Source of the DNA: an uncultured delta proteobacterium
Lineage (GTDB): Bacteria; Desulfobacterota; Binatia; UBA9968
Assembly (NCBI GenBank): GCA_963847445.1
Contig: CAWJZV010000046.1
Location: 192,001-256,000, forward strand
Direction of reading: 5' to 3'
DNA length: 64,000 nucleotides
Positions 42,147 through 52,766 of this stretch are shown here, one piece after another. The notes under the pieces were generated by a model. It was given only the letters and a program-made list of their open reading frames with translations, did no database searches and had not been told where the DNA came from. Positions within the stretch are counted from its first letter, which is position 1. The number at the start of each line of letters is the position of its first letter. The translations under genes were made by a program, and so were the position numbers.

Positions 42147-42374
42147 ATGATGCAACTCTTCCTTTGTCTGGCATTTTTGTTCGGCTTTAGCGGTGATTGG
42201 CTTTTTCCTAGCAATGCGCGTGGGCAATCCGCGGCGTCGTCCGCCGCCTTGATCGAGGGCGCTAAGAAAGAAGGCAGGGTGGTCTTCTACACCCCGCTCA
42301 ACATCAACGACTCCCGGCCGCTGCATTTCCGGACGCGCCGACATCGAGCCGTTGGTGCCCGAGATGCATCATAG
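42147..42374 (+). pseudogene. Truncated extracellular solute-binding protein remnant
   Basis: Signal peptide plus LIEGAKKEGRVVFYTPLN, the usual start of Fe3+/polyamine-type SBPs; similarity ends after about 55 codons. Confidence 0.6.
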
Positions 42375-42479
42375 CAGACTGAAACTGGCCGCCATCGATC
42401 CGCAGATCGCCGAGGATGTGAATCGCCACGCCAGCGAGTTCCGCGAGTTTTATTCTCGCTAGTCCGCATAGCTCGGATT

Positions 42480-42650
42480 CGAAAATTTCTCTCGCAAAGG
42501 CGCAAAGACGCTAAGTTCGGAATAGTTGTCATTTCGACCTTTGGGAGAAATCTTTCTTAGGTCCCTCGCGTTCGCTCGGGATGACGGGCAGCGGCCCGTC
42601 ACCTTGGCGCCCCTTCGACGTTGCTCAGGACATGCTTTGCGAGAGATACT
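42480..42650. repeat. Composite REP-like element, inverted relative of 15345-15470
   Basis: tctcgcaaagg ... gtcatttcgacctttgggagaaatct ... ccctcgcgttcgctcgggatgacg ... ctttgcgaga. Confidence 0.75.
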
Positions 42651-42725
42651 GCGAAATTTCGCGGCTATTTCCTGCGTAAGCGCTACCTTTTCACCGGCGA
42701 TTTCTGCTATTCAGATTAGATAATC

Positions 42726-43253
42726 ATGGAGAAGGGGCGGCCTAGCGGCATGGACTCGAATGCAAGAACTCTAACCAATCTTGAACGCCGAACTCTAGAA
42801 GCGTTCGCCGAGCGGATTTTTCCCAAGACCGAGAGCCCGGGCGCGATCGAAATCGGCGCGGTGGATTATATCGAGATCGCCTTGGCAGGCGACTATGCGG
42901 CGTTGTTGCCGCTCTATCGCGCCGGTGTGAGAGCGCTCAACCGCCACGCCAAGACGAAGTGCGGTGGACAGTTCGCCCGCCTCGACGGGAAACGGCAGGA
43001 TGAGGTTCTCAAAGACTTCGAATCCGGCGCGATGGCGGGATTCAAAAAGGCCGCGGAGTTTTTCGACATGGTCAAGTATCATGTTTTCGAGGGACTGTTC
43101 TGCGAGCCGCAATATGGCGGCAACAAAAACATGGCCGGTTGGCGGCTAGTGGGATTTCCCGGCCAACAGTGGGGTTACCCAGACCCCTATATCAATAAGC
43201 CCGTCGACATCGAGCCGGTGGCGGTGGATTACACCAAGGCGGAGATGAAATAG
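42726..43253 (+). CDS. Gluconate 2-dehydrogenase subunit 3 family protein
   Basis: AERIFP...PGA, EGLFCEPQYGGN and GWRLVGFPG. Confidence 0.88.
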   Translation: MEKGRPSGMDSNARTLTNLERRTLEAFAERIFPKTESPGAIEIGAVDYIEIALAGDYAALLPLYRAGVRALNRHAKTKCGGQFARLDGKRQDEVLKDFESGAMAGFKKAAEFFDMVKYHVFEGLFCEPQYGGNKNMAGWRLVGFPGQQWGYPDPYINKPVDIEPVAVDYTKAEMK

Positions 43254-43254
43254 C

Positions 43255-44956
43255 ATGGCGGATTCCATCGCGGATGTTTGTATTGTCGGCGTCGGCGGCA
43301 TGGGCGGCATCATGGCCAAGGAGCTGGCCTCCGCCGGGTTGAAAGTGGTGGGCTTTGAGCGCGGCCCGGCGCCGAAGAAAGAAGACTACGCGCCGCGCGA
43401 CTCGATCCGGTTTCTCATCCGTCCCGAGCAGCTCGAGTGGGTGCGCCATGAGCCGACGACGACGCGGAAACAGGCCGGACAGAAAACCAACTTGCAATAT
43501 CGCACGAGTCCCTTGAACGTGTTGGGCGGCGCTTTGCTGCATTGGACCGGACAGTCGTCGCGCTACATGCCCGGCGACTTCAAGATTTACAGCAATGAAA
43601 TCGCCAGCGGCAACGCCGAGCGCGCCAAGGCGGATCTCACCGGCTACGATATCATCGACTGGCCGCTCAGTTACGACGATCTCGAACCGTATTACGAAAA
43701 GTTCGAGTGGGAGTTCGGCATCTCGGGGCAGGCGGGGCTCAATCCCTTCGCCGGGCCGCGCCAGCGCGGCTTTCCGCTGCCGCCGCTGCGCCATAGCGGT
43801 AAGATGCAATTGTTCGCCGAGGCCTGCAAAAAACTCGGCTATCATCCCTACGACACGGCCGCCGGCATCGCGTCGCAGCCTTACAAGCCGGCGGCGCCTT
43901 TCGACACGCGCATCGATGAGCGGCCGGCCTGCGTTTACTGCGCGCCACTGCAACTTCTATGGCTGCCATGTGCACGCCAAGTCGGCGTCGCTCTACATCA
44001 CGATTCCGGTGGCAGTGAAGACCGGCAACTTCGAGCTCAAGACCAATGCCAAAGTCTGCCGCATCAACAGCGACGCCAGCGGCCAGGTCACCGGCGTGAA
44101 TTACTTCGATGCCGACGGCCGCGCGCACGAGCAGCGCGCGCGAGTGGTGATCTTGAGCGCGTTTATCTTCGAGCATGCGCGTTTGCTGCTATTGTCGAAG
44201 ACCGATTCGGGGAAATTCGCCAAAGGCTTGGCCAACTCCAGCGGTTACGTTGGCCGCAATATTCTTGCTCATGGCGATGTCCGCGCCATGGGCGCCTTCG
44301 ACGATTTTATCATCAACGGTTACATCGGTCCCGGCTCGGCGGCCATGCGCATCGACGATTTCAATGGCAACAATTTTGACCATACCGGCCTGGGTTTTAT
44401 CCGCGGCGGCACCATCGGCACCAGCGGCGACGGCACGCCGGTGACGCGGGTCGATGTCTTGCCGCCGGATGTGCCGACCTGGGGCAGGGAGTTCAAGGAG
44501 TTCTATCAACGCTATTACAACCGGATCATGGATTTGAATATGCAGCCGGAGACTTTGCCGCACAAAGCCAATCGCATCGATCTCGATCCGCGCGCGCGCG
44601 ACCGCTGGGGGCTGCCGCTGCCGCGGGTGACCTTCGATTTCCACCAGAACGAGCATCGGCTGCAAAAGTACATGGCCGGCGTGGGTGATCGAATCATGCG
44701 CGCCACCGGGGCGAGCAAAGTATGGACGGAGGAGAAGGGCCGGCCCAACCGCTGGGCCGGCGGCACGCGCATGGGCGCCAGCCCGAAAAATTCCGTCGTC
44801 AATCACAACTGTCAGACCCACGATATTGCCAATCTCTTCGTGGTCGGCGCCTCGGTGTTTCCAACTATGGCCGGTTATCCGCCGACTGCGACCGTGGCGG
44901 CGTTGAGTTATCGGACCTCGGAGTTTATTTTGCAGCAGAAGGATTGGTTCAAGTAG
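43255..44956 (+). CDS. GMC family flavoprotein (gluconate 2-dehydrogenase alpha-like; frameshift near 43943)
   Basis: VGVGGMGG, GGALLHWTG, WPLSYDDLEPYY, CVYC..C..YGC and NRIDLDP..RDRWGLP. Confidence 0.88.
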
Positions 44957-44971
44957 AATAGAAGAAAAAAT

Positions 44972-45063
44972 TGGAGTGATGGAGTAATGAACTGGAGAAA
45001 TGGAGTATTGGAGTGGTGGAGTAATGGGTTTTCGCACCCAACACTCCAGTACTCCATCACTCC
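44972..45063. repeat. TGGAGTRN octamer tandem array with inverted arm
   Basis: tggagtgatggagtaatg...tggagtattggagtggtggagtaatggg ... cccaacactccagtactccatcactcc. Confidence 0.8.
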
Positions 45064-45090
45064 GTTCGTCCAATCTCAGCGGGAGGTTTT

Positions 45091-46115
45091 ATGAAACGCA
45101 TCGTTATTTGTTTCGATGGCACTTGGAACAGGCCGGCGGAGGAGTCGCTGCCGAGCGATCAGCAGGTGGAAACCAACGTGCGGCGGTTTTACGAGTCGAT
45201 TCGCCAACAGTCGGCCGATGGCGTGAAACAAGTGAAATGGTACGACGAAGGGGTCGGCACTCAATGGTACGACCGGGTGATCGGCGGCGGCATCGGCGCT
45301 GGGTTGGAGACTGAATATTGTCCAGGGCTATGAGTTCTTGGCCAAGGCGTACGAAGACGGTGACGAGATTTACGTGCTCGGTTTCAGCCGTGGCGCCTAC
45401 ACGGCGCGCAGCCTCGTGGGCATGCTGCGCAACTGCGGTCTGATCCATCCCAAGCATCTCGCACTGCGCGTCGCGATGGCCTACGGCATTTACCGCACGC
45501 GGGACGATAATGCCGATTCGTTCACGGCCAAGCTCTTCCGTTCTTCGTTTTGCCGCGAGGTTAAGATCAAATTCATCGGCGTTTGGGATACCGTCGGCGC
45601 CCTCGGCGTGCCGCTCGACATTCTCAAAGACTGTGAACATGAAGTTCTACGAGTTCCATGACACCAATCTCAGCGGCATCGTCGAAAACGCCTATCATGC
45701 CATGGCAGTCGACGAGCATCGCCAAGACTATGACGTCTGCCGGTGGAGCCCGGTGGAAAAGCCGCAGCAGAATCTTGAGCAGCGCTGGTTCATCGGTGCG
45801 CACTGCGATGTCGGCGGCGGCTACCCGGACCGGCGCTTGTCCGACATGGCGCTGCGCTGGATGCAGGACAAAGCCAGCGCGCTGGGCTTGGCGCTCGACG
45901 CCGTCGCCATTGACGCCAAGAGTTATCTCGGCGAATCCACCGACTCCTACGCCAAGTTTCTCAAAGGCGTCTACGCCAAGCGCAACGCGCGCCACTACCG
46001 TGCCATCGGCGCGTCCAAGTTCGGCAATGAAGTGGTCGACCCGTCGGTGCAGCAGCGTCGAAAGGAGGACCGCGACTATGAGCCGCAAAACGATGAGTTG
46101 CCGAAGCTGGTGTGA
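45091..46115 (+). CDS. DUF2235 (Tle1-like) alpha/beta hydrolase (frameshifted)
   Basis: KRIVICFDGTWN, TNV, GFSRGAYTAR (GxSxG), GVWDTVGALG, HAMAVDEHR and WFIGAHCDVGGG. Confidence 0.88.
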
Positions 46116-46127
46116 TACACTCTGAGG

Positions 46128-46976
46128 ATGGTTATTGGGGTACGGAAGCTTTTTGTTTGCGTTTCGCTATGTGCGCTCGGCTTGGGCTTGTGGGCGTTTT
46201 GGCTCGAGCCGGCGAGTCTTAATAACGAGGACCATGAACTGACACTGCCGGGATGGCCAAGCAGCTGCGATGGCTTGCGTGTCGCAGTCTTGGCCGATCT
46301 GCATGTAGGCTCGCCGTTCAACGGCATCGATAAGCTGGAGCAAATTGTCGATTTAACGCTTAAGGCCAAGCCCGATCTGATTTTGCTCGCCGGCGACTAC
46401 ATCATTCATGGCGTGGTCGGCGGGAAGTTTGTCGAGCCGGAAACCATCGCCAAGGGACTGCAACGCTTGGCTGCGCCGCTCGGTGTGTTTGCCGTGCTCG
46501 GCAATCATGATCGTTGGCCGGGCGGCGAGGGGATTCGTGCGGCGATGGAGTCCAACGGCATTAAAGTTCTCGACGACGCTTCGATCCCGTTGAAATTGGC
46601 AGAATGCCGGATTTGGCTGGCCGGCTTGAGCGATTTCTGGACCGGTGCGCGCGCATATCAAGCGGCGTTGGCGCCCATCCCACAGGGCGCGCCCGTCATA
46701 GCTTTCACGCACAATCCGGACAGCTTTCCGGTACTGCCGAAACCAGTCAGTCTGACCATTGCCGGGCACACTCATGGCGGCCAGGTTCGCTTGCCGCTGT
46801 TGGGGCGGTTGGTGGTGCCGTCGGACTATGGCGAGCGTTATGCCATCGGCCATGTGGTTGAGAACGGCCGCCATCTGTTCGTCAGTCCGGGACTCGGCAC
46901 AAGTATTTTCCCCGTGCGGTTTTTAGTCCCGCCGGAAGTGTCGGTGCTGACGCTGCGCTCCGACAAGCCCAACTAG
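46128..46976 (+). CDS. Metallophosphoesterase (YkuE/YaeI-like)
   Basis: ADLH, AGD, LGNHD, HNPD and GHTHGGQ. Confidence 0.9.
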   Translation: MVIGVRKLFVCVSLCALGLGLWAFWLEPASLNNEDHELTLPGWPSSCDGLRVAVLADLHVGSPFNGIDKLEQIVDLTLKAKPDLILLAGDYIIHGVVGGKFVEPETIAKGLQRLAAPLGVFAVLGNHDRWPGGEGIRAAMESNGIKVLDDASIPLKLAECRIWLAGLSDFWTGARAYQAALAPIPQGAPVIAFTHNPDSFPVLPKPVSLTIAGHTHGGQVRLPLLGRLVVPSDYGERYAIGHVVENGRHLFVSPGLGTSIFPVRFLVPPEVSVLTLRSDKPN

Positions 46977-47008
46977 TGTCGCGCCTGGAACGCGATTTCT
47001 CTTCATCC

Positions 47009-47112
47009 ATTATTCCGGCATAGACCGGAATCCATACCTTATCGTCACCCCGGTGAAAACCGGGGTCCATCCCCATCCCTCAACCTGGATACCGTTTTTC
47101 AACGGTATGACG
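47009..47112. repeat. Cluster of three REP-like palindromes
   Basis: attccggcatagaccggaatcca, gtcaccccggtgaaaaccggggtcca and tggataccgtttttcaacggtatgac. Confidence 0.78.
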
Positions 47113-47327
47113 GACATAATCCGTCACCTGGATTCCCCTACCGTTCTCCAACGGTGTGACGGACGCATTGGCACTAGATGCCGGCTGGAGTATATCTTGT
47201 GCGTAGACGAAAGGCCGGCATGACGATAAAGGCGCTTGCGAACATGTGTGCCGTCGCCGCGCTCGACCGTTCGCGTCGGCTGCCGAGTCCCGATATACTC
47301 ATCGCGTTTCCGCCTAGAATCGACCCA

Positions 47328-47990
47328 ATGACAACGCCACTCGATATTCTCGTCACCGGCGGCACCGGCTACATCGGTCAGCATCTTATTCCACTGCTCA
47401 TTGCGCGCGGCCATCGGGTGCGCGTGCTGGCGCGCGATCAGTCGATGAGCCGCGTGCCCAGCGGCGCGGCAGGAGTGAAGGGTGATGCGCTAAGCGCCGA
47501 ATCCGTTGCCAGCGCGCTTCTTCCGGGCGATACCGTGATCCATCTTGTCGGCACGCCCCATCCGAGTCCGAGCAAAGCGGATCAGTTCGAGAAAGTCGAT
47601 CTGGTATCGATCCGTTCGACGGTTAGGGCGGCGCAAAAGGTCGGCATTGCCCATCTGATTTATGTCAGTGTCGCTCAGCCGGCGCCGATCATGCAGGCTT
47701 ATCTCTGGGTGCGCATGTTAGGAGAAACGATGATTCGCGAAGCCGGCCTGACGGCGAGCATCGTCCGGCCTTGGTATGTACTGGGTCCCGGCCACTGGTG
47801 GCCCAAACTGATCCGGCCGCTGTACAAGCTCGCCGACTTGATACCGTCGCTGCGGCCGATGGTCGAGCGCTTGGGGCTTCTAAATATCGAACAGATGGTG
47901 ACCGCGATGGTGTACGCTGTGGAAAATCCGCCGGAGATTGGCCAGCGGCGCATTTACGACGTGCCGGCGATTCGCCGGGCGAAGTTGTAA
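47328..47990 (+). CDS. NAD(P)-binding atypical SDR / epimerase-like protein
   Basis: ILVTGGTGYIG, VIHLVG and IVRPWYVLGPG. Confidence 0.85.
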   Translation: MTTPLDILVTGGTGYIGQHLIPLLIARGHRVRVLARDQSMSRVPSGAAGVKGDALSAESVASALLPGDTVIHLVGTPHPSPSKADQFEKVDLVSIRSTVRAAQKVGIAHLIYVSVAQPAPIMQAYLWVRMLGETMIREAGLTASIVRPWYVLGPGHWWPKLIRPLYKLADLIPSLRPMVERLGLLNIEQMVTAMVYAVENPPEIGQRRIYDVPAIRRAKL

Positions 47991-48058
47991 AGGTTATGAA
48001 TTTCCTGTCTAAGAATTGGTTTGGTTGGCCCGGTGTTCTCAAGAGACTAGGTCGTATC

Positions 48059-48140
48059 TGTCATTCCGAGGCGACGCCGAGGAATCTCGTCTTCGCAAGG
48101 GGCAGACAAGTCGAGATCCCTCGCTGTGCTCGGGATGACA
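48059..48140. repeat. REP-like element (GTCAT...ATGAC)
   Basis: tgtcattccgaggcgacgccgaggaatctc...gagatccctcgctgtgctcgggatgaca; matches 15512-15593. Confidence 0.8.
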
Positions 48141-48197
48141 GGAAAGGGATGTTTCGATCCATCATTCCAAACTAAGTCCTTGATCAGGATCTACGCC

Positions 48198-48512
48198 GTG
48201 GAAACAAAGAATCTATTGGCCAATCTTACGAGCCCCCAGAGCGGCGAAGAATTTCTGACCCTATTCGACAACGCCAACGTCAAGATCGAGCGCATCGTTT
48301 CTCATGGCCACGCGAGCCCGGCGGGCTTCTGGTACGATCAGGAAGAAGACGAGTGGGTCGCGGTCTTACGCGGCACGGCGACTTTAGAATTCGCCAGCGG
48401 CGAGCAAGTGGATTTGCAAGAGGGCGACTACTTAACGATTCCGCGCCATGTGCAGCATCGCGTCGCGCGCACGAGTGAAGAGACGGTCTGGCTGGCGGTT
48501 CATCTAAGATGA
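48198..48512 (+). CDS. Small cupin domain protein
   Basis: KIERIVSHG, WYDQEEDEWV, IPRHVQHRV and VWLAV. Confidence 0.85.
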   Translation: METKNLLANLTSPQSGEEFLTLFDNANVKIERIVSHGHASPAGFWYDQEEDEWVAVLRGTATLEFASGEQVDLQEGDYLTIPRHVQHRVARTSEETVWLAVHLR

Positions 48513-48517
48513 ACCGC

Positions 48518-48612
48518 CGTTCAATGTTCAAACGTTCAAAAGTTCAACGTCAGATCACGCAGATCGCGATCCCAGTCCGAAACCTTGAACCGTTGAACCT
48601 TGAACTTTTTAA
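48518..48612. repeat. GTTCAA tandem array with inverted TTGAAC arm
   Basis: gttcaatgttcaaacgttcaaaagttcaa ... ccttgaaccgttgaaccttgaac. Confidence 0.75.
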
Positions 48613-48618
48613 CGGTGC

Positions 48619-49872
48619 TTATTGCGGCGCCGGCCTGACCCACGGTTTTTCCAACAGGCTGTAAAAAATCCCCGCAAGAAAAAACATTACGACCAGGCCC
48701 CAAAGCAAAGGCTCATAGGTCTGCCAGCGGTCCCAGATGGCGCCGGCGACCACCGGGCCGGTGACACTGCCCCAGACGTAGAACACGCTCATGTAACCGC
48801 GAATTTTGGCGAAGTGTTTGCGGCCAAAAATATCGCCGACCATGGCCCAAGCAACGGGATAGGTCGACTCGACGGTGGTGAACAGCAGCGTGAAGAGTAA
48901 CAGCGGCGCCATCGACGAGCCGAATATCGGCAGCAGTATGGAGCCGCCGGCGACGAAAAGAATCACCGAGATCATCCGCGGTTTGTTCATCGAGTCGGCG
49001 AGCCAGCCCAACAACACCGTCGACGTAAAGCCGAGAAAGGCAAACGCGCTCAAGAGAAATGTCGCTTGTTGCGGGCTCATGCCTTTCCAGATCATCATCG
49101 GGATGAAGTGGGTGGAGATGGCATGATAGGACGCGTTGCGCACTGCGGCGCCGAAGACCAAGGCCCAGAAGGCAAACGAGCGCATCGCTTGGCGCGGCGT
49201 GATCTCGACCTCGCCGGCGGACTGCGCTGCGTTGGTGCGATCGTGAAACGCTTGTTGGCTTTCGCCGTCCGGCAGCAGTCCCATGCTCTCGGGCGAGCGC
49301 CGGATGGTGAGACAGAGCGGGATGCCAAAAACTAGAAACGATACTCCGGCGAAGGCCGCGCCCCAACGCCAACCCCAGCTGTGCACGATCATGCTCAGGA
49401 TCGGCGCGATCAGCACGCCGCCGAGGCCGTAGGCGGCGCTGTTGATCGTCATGGCGCGGGCGCGCCAACGGATGAACCAAGTGTTGATCAGCGTCATCGG
49501 CGCGTGCATGAAGCCGCCCGAATGGGTGAGCGAGATCAGCACCGTATAAACCAGCACGAAGCTCCAGTAGCTCTCGACTTGCGACAGCAGCAGATAACCG
49601 ATGCCCATGAGCGTGACCGTGGCGATCATCACCGGCCGCGGTCCGTAGCGGTCGAGCAGATGGCCGACGATGGGCCCTTCGATGGCGCCCTCGGCGCGCG
49701 CCAATGAAAACGCGAAGGAAGTTGCCGTGCGGCTGAGATTCAATTCTTGGCTGAGCGGCAGAAAGAACACCGTGAAGCCGTAACTATGCAGTCCGGCGCC
49801 GAGCAACCGCACCGCGGCGGAAGCGCCGACCATATGCCAGCCGTAAAAAAGGCCGGAGAGTTTTTTGAACAT
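48619..49872 (-). CDS. MFS transporter (OFA-like)
   Basis: FYGW, GHLLDRYGPR, WFIRWRARA and DIFGRKHFAKIRG; about 12 TM helices. Confidence 0.9.
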   Translation of the reverse strand: MFKKLSGLFYGWHMVGASAAVRLLGAGLHSYGFTVFFLPLSQELNLSRTATSFAFSLARAEGAIEGPIVGHLLDRYGPRPVMIATVTLMGIGYLLLSQVESYWSFVLVYTVLISLTHSGGFMHAPMTLINTWFIRWRARAMTINSAAYGLGGVLIAPILSMIVHSWGWRWGAAFAGVSFLVFGIPLCLTIRRSPESMGLLPDGESQQAFHDRTNAAQSAGEVEITPRQAMRSFAFWALVFGAAVRNASYHAISTHFIPMMIWKGMSPQQATFLLSAFAFLGFTSTVLLGWLADSMNKPRMISVILFVAGGSILLPIFGSSMAPLLLFTLLFTTVESTYPVAWAMVGDIFGRKHFAKIRGYMSVFYVWGSVTGPVVAGAIWDRWQTYEPLLWGLVVMFFLAGIFYSLLEKPWVRPAPQ

Positions 49873-50044
49873 TCGAATGTTACGATGAACCTAGGCGGCG
49901 CGATGAAACGAAAGGCAAATAGTGAAAATGAGAAAGGTAAAATCTGAAACTGGATGATAGGGGACTAAGATTTGCGCAAGCGGCGAAGCTATTCAATGCG
50001 ATCCAATTCTTGCCTTTCAACTTTTCAATTTTACCATTGATTTC

Positions 50045-51131
50045 CTATTCCGCTTCGCCGTTTTCCGCGGCTTTCAGCCGGCGTTGGCGCACGGCGTCGG
50101 CGAAGGTATCGATCAAGGCGCGGCTGTCTTCCCAACCGACGCAGGCGTCGGTGATGCTTTGGCCGTAGATCAGGGTTTTGCCCGGGATGAGATCTTGGCG
50201 GCCGGCTTTGAGGTGGCTTTCGATCATGACGCCGAAGATGCGCGCGTCGCCGGCGGCGACTTGGCCGGCGACGTCTTGGCCGACGCCGACCTGCTTGGCC
50301 GGCTCTTTGCCGCTGTTGCCGTGGCTACAGTCGATCATGATGCGCGCGGCGATGCCGGATTCGGCAAGACTCTTAGCCTGCGGCATCGACGTTGGCGGCG
50401 TCGTAGTTGGGCTGCTTACCGCCGCGTAGGATGATATGGCAGTCTTCATTGCCGAGGGTCGAGACGATGGCGGAATGGCCGTCTTTGGTCACCGACAAAA
50501 AATGATGCGGCGCCTGGGCGGCGCGGATGGCGTCCATGGCGATGCGCACGTTGCCGTCGGTGCCGTTCTTGAAGCCGACCGGACAAGACAGGCCGGAGGC
50601 GAGTTCGCGGTGCACCTGGCTTTCCGTGGTTCTGGCGCCGATGGCGCCCCAGGAGACCAGGTCCGCGGTGTACTGCGGCGAGATCATGTCGAGGAATTCG
50701 CAGCCGGCGGGCATGCCGGAGTCGTTGAGCTCGCGCAGCAGTTGCCGGCCGACGCGCAGTCCATCGTTGATTTGAAAACTGCCGTCGAGATTAGGATCGT
50801 TGATCAAGCCTTTCCAGCCCACCGTGGTACGCGGCTTTTCAAAGTAGACGCGCATGACGATCAACAAATCGGCGGCGCAGCGTTCTTTGACTTCCTTCAA
50901 GCGCGCGGCGTATTCCTTCGCCGCTTTGACATCATGGATCGAGCACGGGCCCATGATGACCAACAAGCGGTCGTCGGCGCCATGCAGAATCCGATGGATG
51001 TCGCGGCGGGCTTCGAACACCGTCTGCGCCGCTTTGTCGCCGATGGGAATGTCAGCCAGCAGGCGGCCTGGCGGTAGTAACTCTTTGATCTCTTTAATTC
51101 TTAGGTCGTCGGTTTGATATTTCATGATCAT
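50045..51131 (-). CDS. aroG: 3-deoxy-7-phosphoheptulonate (DAHP) synthase, class I-alpha (frameshift near 50380)
   Basis: GPCSIHD, RVYFEKPRTTVGWKG, IGARTTESQVHR, GFKNGT, IDCSHGNS and YGQSITDAC. Confidence 0.92.
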
Positions 51132-51351
51132 TCGTTTCAGGATTCGATCGAGGTATTATAGACAAAATTCCCCGGAAATCTATCGGAGGAAACGGCGGCT
51201 ATGATACGTTGGCGATCCCGGTGACTCGAGCAAGAGAGACTTCTCAGCTGGCGCTCGATCAACGACAGACTAAGACACGCGTGTCATGCCCGCAACGATT
51301 AGAGAGAATCGTCAGACCAAATCGAACCATCACTAGTCCCGCGGCGCCGGG

Positions 51352-52581
51352 TTACTTTTCGAGGGTTTCGCGCGCCATGACGGCGAGCAGGACGGCGGCC
51401 AGAATCAATAGCGGCGCGTAGGCGAGGAAGGGCACGCCCGGATTGAACTTGTCGACCAGGATAGCCGCCGATCAGCGGCGCGCTGACGCCGCCGATCTCG
51501 GCCAGAGTCCGTCGCAGCGCTTGTAAGCGGCCGCGGGCATGGACCGGCACGACGTCGAAGGTCGAAGTGGCTAGCGAGCCGAGCGATAGCCCGTTGGCGA
51601 TGCCGAGAAACGACAGCAGGACGGCGAGCTGGAAAAAAGTGTCGGCGAAGGGGATCAACAAAAACGCGATAGCAGGTATCCCCGTGCTCGGCACCGTGGC
51701 CCACTTGCGGCCGACTTTGTCGATGACGAAACCGGCGGGCAAGATCATCACGAAGACCGATAAACCGGAGATGGTAAACAGCAGGCCGATGTCCTTGGGC
51801 GTTAAGTGAAGCATCTCGCTGGCGAACACGGGCACGATGCTTTGGGTCGTCACCCGGTGGGCGAAACTGGTGAAGGTGGCGAGCACGAGCACGATGTAGG
51901 TGGCGCGCAGCTCGGGACGAATCTCGTAGAACAGATCTCTGATGCCGCGCAGCCGTTCGGCCGAGAGCTTTGATAGCTCCAGCCCATTGTTGCCGGTCTC
52001 GCTGGGGACTGGCGGGACGGGATGGTGACTGGCTTCAAGCTGCCAACCGATCAGGGTCGATACCCCGGCGCACGCGCGCGTAGGCGAGAAACACCGAGCG
52101 AAAACCGATATGCTCGGTGAGCAAACCGCCGATCAGCGGGCCGAAGGCGAGGCCCAAATAGTTGATGCCGTGAAAGCCGCTCAACACTCGGCCGCGTTGA
52201 TCGGCGCGCACCAGGTCGACGCCGGCGATCTCGCGGGCGATCACCCAAATACTGTCGGCGATGCCGATGAAAAATACCGGCACTAGAATTAAGCGTGAAC
52301 CATGGCATGAACGACGCGAGGATCGCCGACAGGCAAGCCATCAATGGCCCGGCGATCAACGCCGCGCGCGCGCCGAAGCGATCGAGGACAAGGCCGCTGA
52401 TCGGCATGCCGGCAAAGCGACCGACGGAAAGCGCGGTGATCAACTGCGCCGCCGTGCCGGGTGTGATGGCAAAATGTTTGGCCAACACCGGAATCGTCGG
52501 CACCACCATCGCCCACATGCCGGCCATGAGTGTGCTGGTGTAAAGTGTGATCAGGCTGCGAGTCGTCGATGTGAGCGGCAT
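51352..52581 (-). CDS. MFS transporter (frameshifted)
   Basis: GLVLDRFGAR, RGRVLS..GPLIGG, GFVIDKVGRK and RGRLQAL. Confidence 0.82.
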
Positions 52582-52643
52582 GGGTGTCGTGCGAGGGTGA
52601 CTGCTTTATGCCCAATTGAGGTGCTTGGATAAACATCGATTTA

Positions 52644-52721
52644 CACCACGAACGCACCAAGAGCACGAAGGTTTCGAATGAATTATATGCCGAACTTCGT
52701 GTGCTTCGTGCCTTCGTGGTG
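52644..52721. repeat. CACGAAG-unit inverted-repeat element
   Basis: Second copy of 4823-4898; both contain ccgaacttcgtg..cttcgtgccttcgtggt. Confidence 0.8.
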
Positions 52722-52766
52722 AAACAATCCGGTGACTGTAATACAACTGTGACACCATCGCAATTT

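Noticed and set aside
44972-45063. Short tandem arrays (also 48518-48612) as CRISPR arrays
   Set aside because: Units are 7-9 bp with no unique spacers, and there are no cas genes.
45091-46115. DUF2235 as a T6SS Tle1 effector module
   Set aside because: No vgrG, PAAR or immunity lipoprotein nearby; it looks like a standalone hydrolase.
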